Positions 1 to 8,948 of a stretch of DNA of 52,080 nucleotides are shown in pieces. The stretch comes from a virus (Duplodnaviria; Caudoviricetes): positions 1 to 52,080 of the IMG/VR virus record IMGVR_UViG_3300048599_000785; one strand, given 5' to 3'. Position numbers and translations under genes: made by a program. Under the pieces are notes generated by a model. The model did no database searches. It was not told the DNA's origin and saw nothing but the letters and a program-made list of their open reading frames with translations. The first letter of the stretch is position 1. Every line of letters begins with the position of its first letter.

Positions 1-1125
1 TCACGCCGGGTTCTGCTTCGCCGCCTTCGCCTTCCGCCTGGCGCGCAGGCCGACGACGTTGTCGACGCGTTTTTGGCCGGCGTCGGCGAGTTTTCGGCGG
101 TCGGCCTGGCGGCGGTAGATCTTCGCAGCGCGATCGGTGGCGTGCTCGAGCTGGGCCATGATCTCGGCGTCGCTCGCGCCGGCGAGCGCCAGCTCGACGC
201 CGCGGGCGTGGCGCAGGCCATGGATGGTCAGGGTGTCCCTGGCCTTGCCCTTCTTCGCCAGGGCCTCGATCAGCCGGTCGAGCGCCTGGTTCAGCTGCCG
301 GGGCTTCCAGGGGACGCCGTTGAAGTTGTAGGCGATGGTCAGGGCCTGGTTCGGCGTCCTGGCAAGCAGGGCGGTGAGGCGCCCGTCCTCGGGCTTGTCG
401 GCCAGCACCTTGCGCTTCTCGGTGATCCAGTTCAGCCGGCGTTCCGGCCGGCCGTTCAGGTCGAAACCCTCGACGCGCGCCCGCAGCGGGATGGTGCAGA
501 TGGTCCCCCGCCGGAATCCGCCGTACCGGCCGAGGGCGACGGCGCGGGCGAGGCCGAAGTTTTTGCGCGCGATCGCCAGCTCGATGGCGGCCTCGACCTC
601 GGCGTCCTCCCAGGTGGGGTGGCTCTCGCCGGCGTCGCTCGGCCGGCTGACCTTGCCGACCTTGGCGAAGGGGTCGGTCTGGATCCGCTCGTCCTCGATG
701 GCCGGGGTCAGGGCGTTCTTCAGCACCTGGCGGCGGTCGTTGGCGGCCTTGTGCCCCCGCAGCGCCCAGGCCTCCCGCATGTCACGCAGCCAGGCCGGCG
801 ACACGTCGGCCAGCAGCACGGCGCCGCAGTCCTCGGTCAGCTCGTCGATCAGCCGCTGGTACTCGGCCTGGGTCGAGCGCGCGTTGGACAGAAATTCGGG
901 CGACCGGTTGTACTGAGCCAGCAGCCCGCCGACGGTCCCGGCGCGGGGCTTCTGCGCCGCCTCGGCCTTGGCGATGCGGGCCAGGATCGCGGCGACCTCG
1001 TCGCGCAGGGCGTCGGTGCCGTCGGCCGCCTGCAGCGGCCCCTCGCGGTAGCCGCCCTTGCGAAAGTAGAGATCTAGCTGCCCGTTCGCGCGGCGGATCC
1101 GCTGGACGTGGGGGACCTTGGCCAT
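1..1125 (-). CDS. int: Tyrosine recombinase / phage integrase
   Basis: GFRRG (catalytic R), HGLRH, LEH..Y motifs; start reassigned to MAKVPHVQ at 1125. Confidence 0.93.
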   Translation of the reverse strand: MAKVPHVQRIRRANGQLDLYFRKGGYREGPLQAADGTDALRDEVAAILARIAKAEAAQKPRAGTVGGLLAQYNRSPEFLSNARSTQAEYQRLIDELTEDCGAVLLADVSPAWLRDMREAWALRGHKAANDRRQVLKNALTPAIEDERIQTDPFAKVGKVSRPSDAGESHPTWEDAEVEAAIELAIARKNFGLARAVALGRYGGFRRGTICTIPLRARVEGFDLNGRPERRLNWITEKRKVLADKPEDGRLTALLARTPNQALTIAYNFNGVPWKPRQLNQALDRLIEALAKKGKARDTLTIHGLRHARGVELALAGASDAEIMAQLEHATDRAAKIYRRQADRRKLADAGQKRVDNVVGLRARRKAKAAKQNPA

Positions 1126-1475
1126 TTGTTCCGCTTCCCGCCTCCCGCCGTCCTGCCCAGCGCCCTCGCCCGCGCCTTCTCCACCGCCGTCAGCCGCCGG
1201 TCGTTCGGCTCGATGACGGCGGCCTCGATCGCCGCGGGCGTCGGCGCATCCTGACTCGCGCCCTCCCCTCGCGGCAAGCGCGGGGGCAGCCCGTCCAGCC
1301 AAGCGTCGATCTGGGCGCGGTTCCAGCGGACCACGTTGGCGCCCAGATCGACCGGCGGCACGGGGCAGACCTTCGCCAGGGTCGCCGCGCAGATGTGCCC
1401 GAGGTAGGCGCACAGCTGCTCGCGGGTGAGCAGCTTTGGCCAGGCCTCGGGGACATCTGCCGCGGCGCGGGACAT
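1074..1475 (-). CDS. Excisionase / AlpA-like HTH protein
   Basis: LLTREQLCAYLG..VPPVDLG..VRWNRAQIDAWL pattern; directly upstream of int. Confidence 0.75.
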   Translation of the reverse strand: MSRAAADVPEAWPKLLTREQLCAYLGHICAATLAKVCPVPPVDLGANVVRWNRAQIDAWLDGLPPRLPRGEGASQDAPTPAAIEAAVIEPNDRRLTAVEKARARALGRTAGGGKRNKWPRSPTSSGSAARTGS

Positions 1476-1476
1476 C

Positions 1477-1809
1477 TCAGCTGACCTCGTGGGCCGGGAG
1501 GTCGGGCATACCCGCGTCCCAACCTTCGAGCAGCTTCAGCAACGCCCCCTTCACGTCGCTGCGGTCAGCCGTGCTGATGTATTGGAACCGGCCCTCGGTC
1601 CAGACGATTAGGCTGAAGTCCACCCGCCTGCCGGCGATCGCCTCCAGGGCGTCGTAGGTGACGCTGGCCACCTCCGGCAGGTGGACCGAGACCGCCGCCG
1701 CTGTGGATCCGGCGGGGAGACGCGCCTGCAACGCGGCGACCCGGGCATGGGCCTTGGCGAAGTCAGGCTTGTTCCGGCCCCGCAGCTTCTTGAGCGGGTC
1801 GTGCGCCAT
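1477..1809 (-). CDS. Hypothetical phage protein
   Basis: MAHDPLKK start, TGATG coupling to the upstream frame, phage-like codon usage. Confidence 0.7.
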   Translation of the reverse strand: MAHDPLKKLRGRNKPDFAKAHARVAALQARLPAGSTAAAVSVHLPEVASVTYDALEAIAGRRVDFSLIVWTEGRFQYISTADRSDVKGALLKLLEGWDAGMPDLPAHEVS

Positions 1810-2092
1810 CACAGCAGCTCCGGCTGGGCCGGCGGGATCGGCCCGCCGCCGTGTTCGAGGATCCAGGCCTGCACCTCGGCGCGGCCTCGACGTAGGCGCG
1901 GCTGGGGGTCTGCGAGATCTCCTGGCCGGGTTTGTAGGTCCGCCAGATCTTGTCGCGCAGCGCCTTGGGCAGCTTGAACCAGTGCGCCTTGCATCCCCAC
2001 ATCGCCGGCGGCACCTGACGGGTGCAACCGGGCCAATGGCAGTGGTGATCACGGGTCTGGCCCTGGCTGCGGACGTAGTCAGCCTTGCTCAT
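1809..2092 (-). pseudogene. Small Cys/His (Zn-binding) phage protein with apparent 1-nt frameshift near 1880
   Basis: HHCHWPGC..WGCKAHW N-terminus; natural-looking C-terminus EVQAWILEH..PELL lies in another frame and ends in a TGATG overlap at 1809. Confidence 0.6.
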
Positions 2093-2399
2093 CGGGCGCT
2101 CCTCTGGCGTCCACCGCCGGCGTCGAGCGATCCTTGAACGGCTGCATTTCGAACCGTTGCGCCCGCCGTCCGAAGATGCGTTCGAACGACGATGACTGCT
2201 CGATGAAGCCGACCTCGCGATCGCCGCGGCGCACGATCTCGAAGGTGGTGGACTTGCCGCCCTCCTCGATGGTCACGGTCCCCGCTTCGATCTTGGCGAT
2301 CCGCGGCAGCATGAACGGATAGTCGGCGTTCAAGTGCATCCCCTGCGGGAGGGCATGGGACGCCTCGGCGAAACGGGCGACATAGTTGCCTGAGATCAT
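2079..2399 (-). CDS. Hypothetical protein
   Basis: MISGNYV start, packed within the operon. Confidence 0.6.
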   Translation of the reverse strand: MISGNYVARFAEASHALPQGMHLNADYPFMLPRIAKIEAGTVTIEEGGKSTTFEIVRRGDREVGFIEQSSSFERIFGRRAQRFEMQPFKDRSTPAVDARGAPDEQG

Positions 2400-2403
2400 C
2401 GGC

Positions 2404-2889
2404 TCAGGTCCCCATCGTCCGATCGACCGCCGCTCGGCCTCGCCGCAGGATCCGGTCGAGAAGATCCGGGTTGGCCGGGTCGGCGGCATTGGCCACCTCG
2501 ATCCGGATGTGGCCGTCGTCGAGCGCGGACAGCAGGTTGCGCGCGAACCACAGGAGGTTCGGCGCCGCGTCGAAGAGGGCGCCTCTCGTTTCTAGCCTCC
2601 GAGCCTTCGCCCGACGTTCCAGTTCGCTCGGATGGGCTTCGCGCGCGGCGACCTCGATCTGGAACACCGCTTCGTCGAATTGCTGCGGGTTGTCCTCGTC
2701 GACCATGAACCAGTTCACGAGGGGCAGATCGCCCGAGCCGAACGGCCACATCACCATGTCGGGATGAGCGGCTTCGAAGGCGCGGCAGATCTCCTCTACA
2801 CCTTGGTGAATGGTCACGATCGCCTGGGTGGGCATGTCGACAGGCGTCGGAAAGTCGATCTGAATTCGGCGAGTTGTGGGCTCACCCAT
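2404..2889 (-). CDS. Hypothetical protein
   Basis: MGEPTT start overlapping upstream stop; C-terminal AAPNLL motif common in phage early proteins. Confidence 0.65.
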   Translation of the reverse strand: MGEPTTRRIQIDFPTPVDMPTQAIVTIHQGVEEICRAFEAAHPDMVMWPFGSGDLPLVNWFMVDEDNPQQFDEAVFQIEVAAREAHPSELERRAKARRLETRGALFDAAPNLLWFARNLLSALDDGHIRIEVANAADPANPDLLDRILRRGRAAVDRTMGT

Positions 2890-3319
2890 GACCGGCCACC
2901 TCCCCGGCTGCGAGCGGCGCTCGCACGGCGCCGCGCCACGGGCCGCCATGCCGCTGGTCGGCGAATATCCGGAAGAGTTGGCGCAGCGCCACCAGCTGGT
3001 CCGCCGTCAGGTTCGGAACCTGGTGCAGCTCGGGCAGCAGCGCTTCGGCGCGTTCCAGGCGGGCGGCCGCGCCGGCGTCGACGGGCGCGTCGCCGTCCAA
3101 GTCCTGCAGCAGGCGGGCCGCCGGCACGCCAACCGCGCGGGCGGCCAGCACCAGCATCGAGGCGCTGAGGCGGTTGGCGGCCCGCTCGTACTTCTGCACC
3201 TGCTGGAAGGAGACGCCGATGGCGTCGCCCAGCTCGGTCTGGCTCATCCGGGCGGCGAGGCGGGCCTTTCGCAGGCGCGCGCCTACCACGGCGTCGATGT
3301 CTCGGTGTTCCTGGGTCAA
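2882..3319 (-). CDS. XRE-family HTH transcriptional regulator
   Basis: IDAVVGARLRKARLAARMSQTELGDAIGVSFQQVQKYERAANR; TTG start with AAGGAG RBS. Confidence 0.9.
   Translation of the reverse strand: MTQEHRDIDAVVGARLRKARLAARMSQTELGDAIGVSFQQVQKYERAANRLSASMLVLAARAVGVPAARLLQDLDGDAPVDAGAAARLERAEALLPELHQVPNLTADQLVALRQLFRIFADQRHGGPWRGAVRAPLAAGEVAGHG
2909..2925. repeat. 17-bp palindrome TGCGAGCGSCGCTCGCA, perfect copy
   Basis: TGCGAGCGGCGCTCGCA read directly; member of a dispersed family. Confidence 0.9.
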
Positions 3320-3555
3320 AGCGTCGTCTCCTTCTTCAGCTGGTCCAGCCATCCGTCCGCGAGGGCTTGCAGCTCGCGTTGCTGGCGGGGGTAGTCGGCG
3401 GCGCCGAGGATGCGATCGACCTCGGCGCGCTGGGGTTCGGGGAGGTCGCTGTAGACGCGGGCGAGACTGCGCCCGGCCTGGCCGAGGTCGTCGGCCAGGC
3501 GCAGCAGGCCGCTGGCCAGCATCGTCGTGGCGGCGCGCGCGGCGTCGGCGGTCAC
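3316..3555 (-). CDS. Hypothetical protein
   Basis: GTG start, 4-nt overlaps at both ends. Confidence 0.6.
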   Translation of the reverse strand: MTADAARAATTMLASGLLRLADDLGQAGRSLARVYSDLPEPQRAEVDRILGAADYPRQQRELQALADGWLDQLKKETTL

Positions 3556-3866
3556 GGCCAGCGCCCGCCGAGGAGCCAGGCGGCCAGGGACAGCAGTTCG
3601 CGCCAGACGACCAGGCCGGCCAGGATAGCGGCGACCAGGCGCCAGTTGACCTCCAGCGGGACGGGGTAGGCCGTCCGCAATGCGCGCAGCCAGGCGTAGT
3701 AGTCCGGCCACTCATCGGCGTCCGCGCCCTCGCGCCAGCAGCGAAGGAAGATGGTCTCCTCGCCCGGCGCCTGCGCGCCCTCGGGCGAGAGGAGATAGTC
3801 GATCGCCTCGTTGGCGGTCCCATGGTCGCCGTAGGGCAGGCCGGTCTTGCGGTCGATGCGCCGCAT
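3552..3866 (-). CDS. Hypothetical protein with C-terminal hydrophobic segment
   Basis: MRRIDRKTG start; WRLVAAILAGLVVW segment. Confidence 0.6.
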   Translation of the reverse strand: MRRIDRKTGLPYGDHGTANEAIDYLLSPEGAQAPGEETIFLRCWREGADADEWPDYYAWLRALRTAYPVPLEVNWRLVAAILAGLVVWRELLSLAAWLLGGRWP

Positions 3867-4249
3867 CACGCCGCCTCGACGTGCGGGGTAGGGTCGCGCC
3901 GGGCTTCGCGGAGGGAGATCTGCAGCGCCTGCCAGCCGCAGCCTTTGAGCCAGACGTAGCCGAGGAAGCGGCCGCGGCCGCCGCCGAGGTCCTGCAGCCA
4001 GACCTCCACGACCCGGACCGGGGCCGCGCTGCCCTGGACCTGCAGGTCGCGGTCCTGCAGCTCGAGGCCGGCCTCGCCGCGCTGGGCGTGGATCCACAGG
4101 CAGAGGGCCGCGAGGCTGGGGAAGACCTTGGGCTTGTCGCCCGAGCCCAGGTGGGGGTGGACGGCGAAGTCGACGCCGGCGGACATGCGGGGCCTCCTGA
4201 AGTAGGCGATGGCGGCGCGGACCTCCGCGCCATAGGGGAAGCCGGCCAT
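3866..4249 (-). CDS. Hypothetical protein
   Basis: Coupled ORF in early-left operon. Confidence 0.65.
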   Translation of the reverse strand: MAGFPYGAEVRAAIAYFRRPRMSAGVDFAVHPHLGSGDKPKVFPSLAALCLWIHAQRGEAGLELQDRDLQVQGSAAPVRVVEVWLQDLGGGRGRFLGYVWLKGCGWQALQISLREARRDPTPHVEAA

Positions 4250-4252
4250 GGG

Positions 4253-6424
4253 TCAGGCCTCGGCGGCTTGGGGTTGGGGGTCGGCGGTCGCATCGCGGCG
4301 GGCGGTGGCCATCATCGCGTCCGTCGGGCCAATCATGAGCAGCAGGAAGCGAGCGCGGGCCTCGGCGAGGGCGGCGGGCAGCTCGCATTTGACGTCGATG
4401 GTGGCGACTTCGGCCTCATTGGCGGCGAAGATCGAGCCCGCGTTGTCCCCAACTCCGAACGACCAGGGGAAGGGCAATCCGAGTGTCTCGGCTAACGCGG
4501 TCCAACGGTTCCACCCGCCAGGCGCGTGGCAAGTCTCCTCGGCGATCACTTGCGCCAGCACCTGCTGGGCGAGGCTGTCCTCGAGGTCGATGGTCTCCGC
4601 TCCGTCCGCCTGCGCCTTCGGTCGGGCGGAGGCGTCCTGTGCGGGCGCGGGGCGAGATCCACTGTTCATCGGCGCGCCGCCCGCCAGGCCAAGGCGAGCG
4701 TCGTTCGCGCGCACGATGTTGGGGAACTGCCGGCCGTCGACCACCAGGGGGTTGGCGGGGTCCTCCGGCATTAGCGCGAGGGACCGCGTGGGGATCGGGG
4801 CGTCCTGCCCGACATTGAGCCAAGGGGTCGCGTACTGGCCTGGCGCGATACGCACGAGGTCGATCGGCTTGATCCCCGCCTCGCGGCGGACCCGGTGCAG
4901 GATCTCCTCGCGATCGCCGTCCGGCGTATAGAGGCCCTGGGTCTTGAGCCATTCGATCGCGGTCGCCGAGATGATCGTCTCATGCAGCCGCCCGCCGCCA
5001 ACCGCCGGCGAGCTGGAAAAGCCGCCGCCCAGGCTGATCAGGACGCCGGCGAGGCGCATCGGATCCGGATGGTGTTCGCCCGTCTCGGTCGCCGAAGGCC
5101 AAGAACCCGGGTAGAGAGCGACCTTGTCGCCCAGCTCCACCAGGGCGAGGCGCTGTTTGGGGTTCAACTTCGCGCAGCCCTCCAGGATCTCCAGTCGCCG
5201 CTGTTCTTGGTAACTGACCGCTGCAACAGGCTCAGCCACCGGCCTTATCCCTTCGGCCTTCGGTTGGCGCAGCCACTGGGTCGCGTAGGTGTCGAGGCGG
5301 GCCAGTTCGCGGGCGGCCCCCTCGCCGATCACCTGGGCGCGGATCTCGAACAGGGCTTCGTCCCGCCCCGTTCCCGCCAGAGCTTCGGCTGGCCCCTGGG
5401 CCAGCCACGCCTTCGCCGCCGCGCCCAGGCCCACATACTGGCGATCTCCAAGGTGGCGATGGGTGATCAACTCGGCGCGCACAAGGTCGGGGAAGACGCC
5501 GCCGGCTACGGCCTGGATCACCACCTCGCCCTTGGCCCCATGGCGGGCGACGGCGTCCGCGACCTCGGCCACCGCCAGAGCCATCTTCGGCGACAGAACC
5601 GAACGCTGCCGCACGCTGTGGCGGAGCTCCTCGGCGGTGATCTCGCCAGCGCGGAAGCGGGCGATGCCCTCCGGCCGTGCCTCGCGTGCGACCTTGATCC
5701 ACTCCTGGATCGAACGCGTCCTGTGTTCCTGGCCCGTCCTACGGCAAGCCTCGGCGATCGACCAAGCATTCGCAGCGGTCAAGGCGATGTAGCCTTCCGC
5801 CTCTTCCAGCGGGTCCAGCGCCTCCCGTTGGCCGTTCTCCACCAGGGCGACGAAAGCAGTCTGAGCGGCGAGATCAGCCTCCGGAACACTGCGCTCGATG
5901 CAGGCGACCAATCGATCTTCGGGCCACTCGCCGCGCAGGCGAAGCTTCTGGATGGCCCGCCACCGCCGCTCGCCGGCGAGGAGCGTGCGAGCGCCGCTCG
6001 CATCGGGCTGGCTAACCAGCAGGGGGACCAGCAACTCGAAGCCTGTCTCGACGATGGAGTCCGCCAACCCTTCGAGCGCCTCGATCTCCTCGGCCGTCGG
6101 ATTGTCCAGCTTGCGAGGGTTCAAGGGGTTGAGGCGCAAGACGGTGATCGGCAGTCGCAACACCCCCTCCCCCGCCGGCGGCGCGGCCAGGCCCTCGGCG
6201 ACGTCGAGGCCGGCGAGGATGCGCCGCGCGTCGTCGGTGAGCATAGGGCTCGCCTCCGGCTTCTGCCGCGTCACCAGGCCGTCGCGTTCGAGCACGGCGA
6301 TGGTCTTTCGCAGGTTGGTGCGGTCGCGGCCCACGGCCTGGGCGAAGGCGGCCAGGGTTTCAGGCGCGGGGTTGTCGCGCAGGTAGCGCAGGACGGGGGC
6401 GTTCTGGGCGGCGAGCTCAAGCAT
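4253..6424 (-). CDS. Large ParB/RepB/Spo0J-family protein with N-terminal wHTH and long C-terminal extension
   Basis: LRLNPLNPRK, LAGERRWRA, ALVENGQREAL.PLEEAEGY ParB motifs; N-terminal TLAAFAQAVGRDRTNLRKTIAVLERDGLV HTH. Confidence 0.88.
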   Translation of the reverse strand: MLELAAQNAPVLRYLRDNPAPETLAAFAQAVGRDRTNLRKTIAVLERDGLVTRQKPEASPMLTDDARRILAGLDVAEGLAAPPAGEGVLRLPITVLRLNPLNPRKLDNPTAEEIEALEGLADSIVETGFELLVPLLVSQPDASGARTLLAGERRWRAIQKLRLRGEWPEDRLVACIERSVPEADLAAQTAFVALVENGQREALDPLEEAEGYIALTAANAWSIAEACRRTGQEHRTRSIQEWIKVAREARPEGIARFRAGEITAEELRHSVRQRSVLSPKMALAVAEVADAVARHGAKGEVVIQAVAGGVFPDLVRAELITHRHLGDRQYVGLGAAAKAWLAQGPAEALAGTGRDEALFEIRAQVIGEGAARELARLDTYATQWLRQPKAEGIRPVAEPVAAVSYQEQRRLEILEGCAKLNPKQRLALVELGDKVALYPGSWPSATETGEHHPDPMRLAGVLISLGGGFSSSPAVGGGRLHETIISATAIEWLKTQGLYTPDGDREEILHRVRREAGIKPIDLVRIAPGQYATPWLNVGQDAPIPTRSLALMPEDPANPLVVDGRQFPNIVRANDARLGLAGGAPMNSGSRPAPAQDASARPKAQADGAETIDLEDSLAQQVLAQVIAEETCHAPGGWNRWTALAETLGLPFPWSFGVGDNAGSIFAANEAEVATIDVKCELPAALAEARARFLLLMIGPTDAMMATARRDATADPQPQAAEA
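5986..6002. repeat. 17-bp palindrome, perfect copy inside parB
   Basis: TGCGAGCGCCGCTCGCA. Confidence 0.9.
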
Positions 6425-6644
6425 GGGCGGCAAGCTCCGGACGGGGGGTGGCGCGCGCGGCCTGGCGTTCGGCCTGGCGCTGTTCGAGGGAGGCGAGGAC
6501 CGCCTCGGCGAGGGCGAGGTTGTGCTCGGCCTTGGCGCGGACGGCCGACGCGGGAGCGCGGCCGGCGACGCCGGCGAGGATGCGGCGGCGCTGGACCACC
6601 TGGCCGCGGGCCCAGAGGATCTGGCGGGGCAGGGAGACGGTCAT
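6417..6644 (-). CDS. Hypothetical protein
   Basis: Coupled small ORF. Confidence 0.6.
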   Translation of the reverse strand: MTVSLPRQILWARGQVVQRRRILAGVAGRAPASAVRAKAEHNLALAEAVLASLEQRQAERQAARATPRPELAAHA

Positions 6645-7039
6645 GCCGCGGCCCCGACGGCAGGGGCGGGGGCGGAGGCTTCGTCGAACCAGCCGGGCGG
6701 GGTGGGCCGCCAGCCGGCGCGGATCAGCTCCGCCCGGGCGGCCTTCAGCTCGGCCTCGGTGAGGCCCTGGTAGACGAAGGCCAGGGGCTTGACCTCGATG
6801 ACCCCGCCCTCGCCGGTCACCTCGGCGCCGATCGCGACGTCCTGCAGCGCGGTCTGCTTGATGCGGATCTCGGCGGGCGTTCGGCCCAGGCGGTCCAGCA
6901 GGGCCGCGAGGGACCGCGCCGGGGTGACGCTCCAGTGATGGATCCAGCGCCGGTCGTCGGCGAGCCGGAAGGGATCCACGTCCGGCGCCCAGGGGGCGAG
7001 GTGGATGGAGACGTGTCGCTTGGCGGGGGCGTCGGTCAC
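6641..7039 (-). CDS. Hypothetical protein
   Basis: Coupled ORF with GTG start. Confidence 0.6.
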   Translation of the reverse strand: MTDAPAKRHVSIHLAPWAPDVDPFRLADDRRWIHHWSVTPARSLAALLDRLGRTPAEIRIKQTALQDVAIGAEVTGEGGVIEVKPLAFVYQGLTEAELKAARAELIRAGWRPTPPGWFDEASAPAPAVGAAA

Positions 7040-7260
7040 GGCCGCGCCTTGGCCTTGGCGGCTGCGCGGCGGGCCTTCCGCTCCGCCCAGGGTTCCACCA
7101 GATGCTTGTCCCAGTCGTTCGGCACCGGACGGCCCGGCTCGATCTCGTGGGGGTGCAGCTGCTGTCCCTTGGGCGGCGGTCGGCGAACCTTCCCGGTCAT
7201 GGTCAGGCCGGCGGCAAGGTTCGCGACATGCTTGCGGCCGACGACCGGACGCCGGCTCAT
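7036..7260 (-). CDS. Hypothetical basic protein
   Basis: MSRRPVVG start, 4-nt overlaps. Confidence 0.55.
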   Translation of the reverse strand: MSRRPVVGRKHVANLAAGLTMTGKVRRPPPKGQQLHPHEIEPGRPVPNDWDKHLVEPWAERKARRAAAKAKARP

Positions 7261-7481
7261 GCCAGCCCCCAGAGCCAGCGCCACAGGGCGACGAGGGGGC
7301 TGCGGCCGCGGCCGATGCGGACGATGGCGGCCGGGTCGCCGGCGAAGGGCTCGGCGGGGCCGGGCCGGTCGAGCGAGACGATGAAGACGCCTGCGGGGAC
7401 GTTCCAGCAGACGGCCAGCGGCTGGGCCGGCACGGCCGCGCCTACGGGCAGGCGGGGGGCGGTGGGGGAAATGCCGATCAC
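7257..7481 (-). CDS. Hypothetical protein, first gene of early-left operon
   Basis: GTG start with GGAG RBS. Confidence 0.5.
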   Translation of the reverse strand: MIGISPTAPRLPVGAAVPAQPLAVCWNVPAGVFIVSLDRPGPAEPFAGDPAAIVRIGRGRSPLVALWRWLWGLA

Positions 7482-7534
7482 CGGCGGTCTCCGTGGGGTT
7501 GATTCGCCGCTTGGGTGCGGCTGACCCCGCTCAG

Positions 7535-7590
7535 AGACAACGATTTGCTGTCTTCGTCAATCCGGATTGGACAACAACATTCTTAGGTCC
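7535..7590. promoter_or_regulatory. Leftward promoter/operator region (OL-like)
   Basis: AT-rich; AGACAAC-N5-GCTGTCT dyad at 7535-7553; GACAACAACATTCT shared with 8950-8963; TTGACG on - strand at 7560. Confidence 0.65.
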
Positions 7591-7635
7591 CTGCGCCTGC
7601 AGCCCCATAAGCTGCATCCTGACGTGGAGATGACG

Positions 7636-8217
7636 ATGGGATCCACAATCTGGCGATGCGCGATGGTGGCCGCGGCGATCCTGGCAGGCTGCTCGGGACA
7701 GCAAAACGATTCGACGCGGGCGTCGGCGGCTGGAGAGGCTGTAGAAGCCCCAGCGCCGGTCGGGCAGCCTGCTCCCGCGGAGCCCGCCCTTGTCATGACG
7801 GACAAGCCAATCGAGACGCCCGAGAAGGAGACCTCGGAGGCCTTGCCTGCTGGTGTTGCTGAGGCTCCCTATGCGACCTGCATCGGGGCCGACCCCAACA
7901 CCTTCTGCGACGCTCAGCAGAAGAGCTTTATCCGCGATTGGGCAAAGGCTTGGCGCGCCGACTATCAAGCGCAGCGGAACGTCGGGTTCTGCCTGAGCAC
8001 CGGCTGCGATGGCGCGGCCCAACTCAACAAGACCCAAGGCTGCGCCTGGTACACCGTGATCATTGCGTCGGGAAGCGAGCGGGTAGATGACACGGACACT
8101 GCGAACGTCCGCCTCTACTGCGGTCGCCTGGATCAGGTAGAACTCATGGCCTCGCGAGAGCAGGCTAGGCGGATATTCCGGAAGGTTTACCGCCGCGATC
8201 TGCCGGAGCGGTTCTAG
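7636..8217 (+). CDS. Lipoprotein with Sel1-like repeat (candidate superinfection exclusion)
   Basis: Lipobox ILAG-C; DYQAQRNVGFCLSTGC..QGCAWY Sel1-like segment; lower GC. Confidence 0.75.
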   Translation: MGSTIWRCAMVAAAILAGCSGQQNDSTRASAAGEAVEAPAPVGQPAPAEPALVMTDKPIETPEKETSEALPAGVAEAPYATCIGADPNTFCDAQQKSFIRDWAKAWRADYQAQRNVGFCLSTGCDGAAQLNKTQGCAWYTVIIASGSERVDDTDTANVRLYCGRLDQVELMASREQARRIFRKVYRRDLPERF

Positions 8218-8220
8218 GCG

Positions 8221-8892
8221 TCAGTCCCCGCGCAGGCGAATGGCGTAGACCCCCTGCAGGTCCGACAGGGCGAACTCCAGGGAGGCCTCTGGGAAGCGCT
8301 GGGTCACGTGCAGCGTCTTGTCGTCGGAGCGGACGTATTCCTTGACGTAGAGCTCGCCCGTCAGGGTCTCGATCACGCAGCCCTCGCCCCGACGGGGCCA
8401 GCGCGACTTGTCGTAGATGACGAGCTGGCCGCTCTCCACATAGCCCGTCATGCTGTCGCCGGCGACGCGCAGGGCGCCGCTGTTGCGGCCGGCGATCCAG
8501 CCCAGATCGACCCGCTCCTCCGGCTCGGTCATGTCATAGACGAGGGCCGCGCGCGCCCCGGCCTTTGCACGTCCCCAGACCGGGAGCTGGAGGCTGGGCG
8601 GCGGGAGCGGCGCAGCCCCGGCCGATCGCGCGGGCCGCGGAGATCGGGCGATCTGATCGTGCTCCTCTTCCAGGTCGGCACGCGTTAGACCAAGGGCCTC
8701 CATGAGCCGATCCTGCAGGTCCATGCGCAGGATCGCCTGGCGTTCGCCGGCCTCGTAGGCCTGCCAGGATTGCTTGGTCTGCCCTAGCCGCTTGGCCGCC
8801 TGTTCCTGGCTCATGCCCTGACGCTCGCGAAGCCGGCGAAGGGCTTCGGCGTAGGTTGCGACCTCGGACGACGGGCTGGGCTTGGTGGCCAT
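8221..8892 (-). CDS. cI: CI-like repressor (XRE HTH + S24 peptidase)
   Basis: HTH MSQEQAAKRLGQTKQSWQAYE; AKAG cleavage site; VAGDSM Ser and YVKEY Lys dyad. Confidence 0.92.
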   Translation of the reverse strand: MATKPSPSSEVATYAEALRRLRERQGMSQEQAAKRLGQTKQSWQAYEAGERQAILRMDLQDRLMEALGLTRADLEEEHDQIARSPRPARSAGAAPLPPPSLQLPVWGRAKAGARAALVYDMTEPEERVDLGWIAGRNSGALRVAGDSMTGYVESGQLVIYDKSRWPRRGEGCVIETLTGELYVKEYVRSDDKTLHVTQRFPEASLEFALSDLQGVYAIRLRGD

Positions 8893-8948
8893 AGCCCAGC
8901 GGTATGGTCGGGGCCTGCTGTCTACTGCGACCGTCAACATGCTGACCT

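Noticed and set aside
4895-7384. Long antisense/alternate-frame ORFs (829 aa here; also 20845-22665, 33000-35273, 35699-37873, 36196-38580, 43495-45822)
   Set aside because: Shadow ORFs expected in ~72% GC DNA; they overlap well-supported genes and lack motifs
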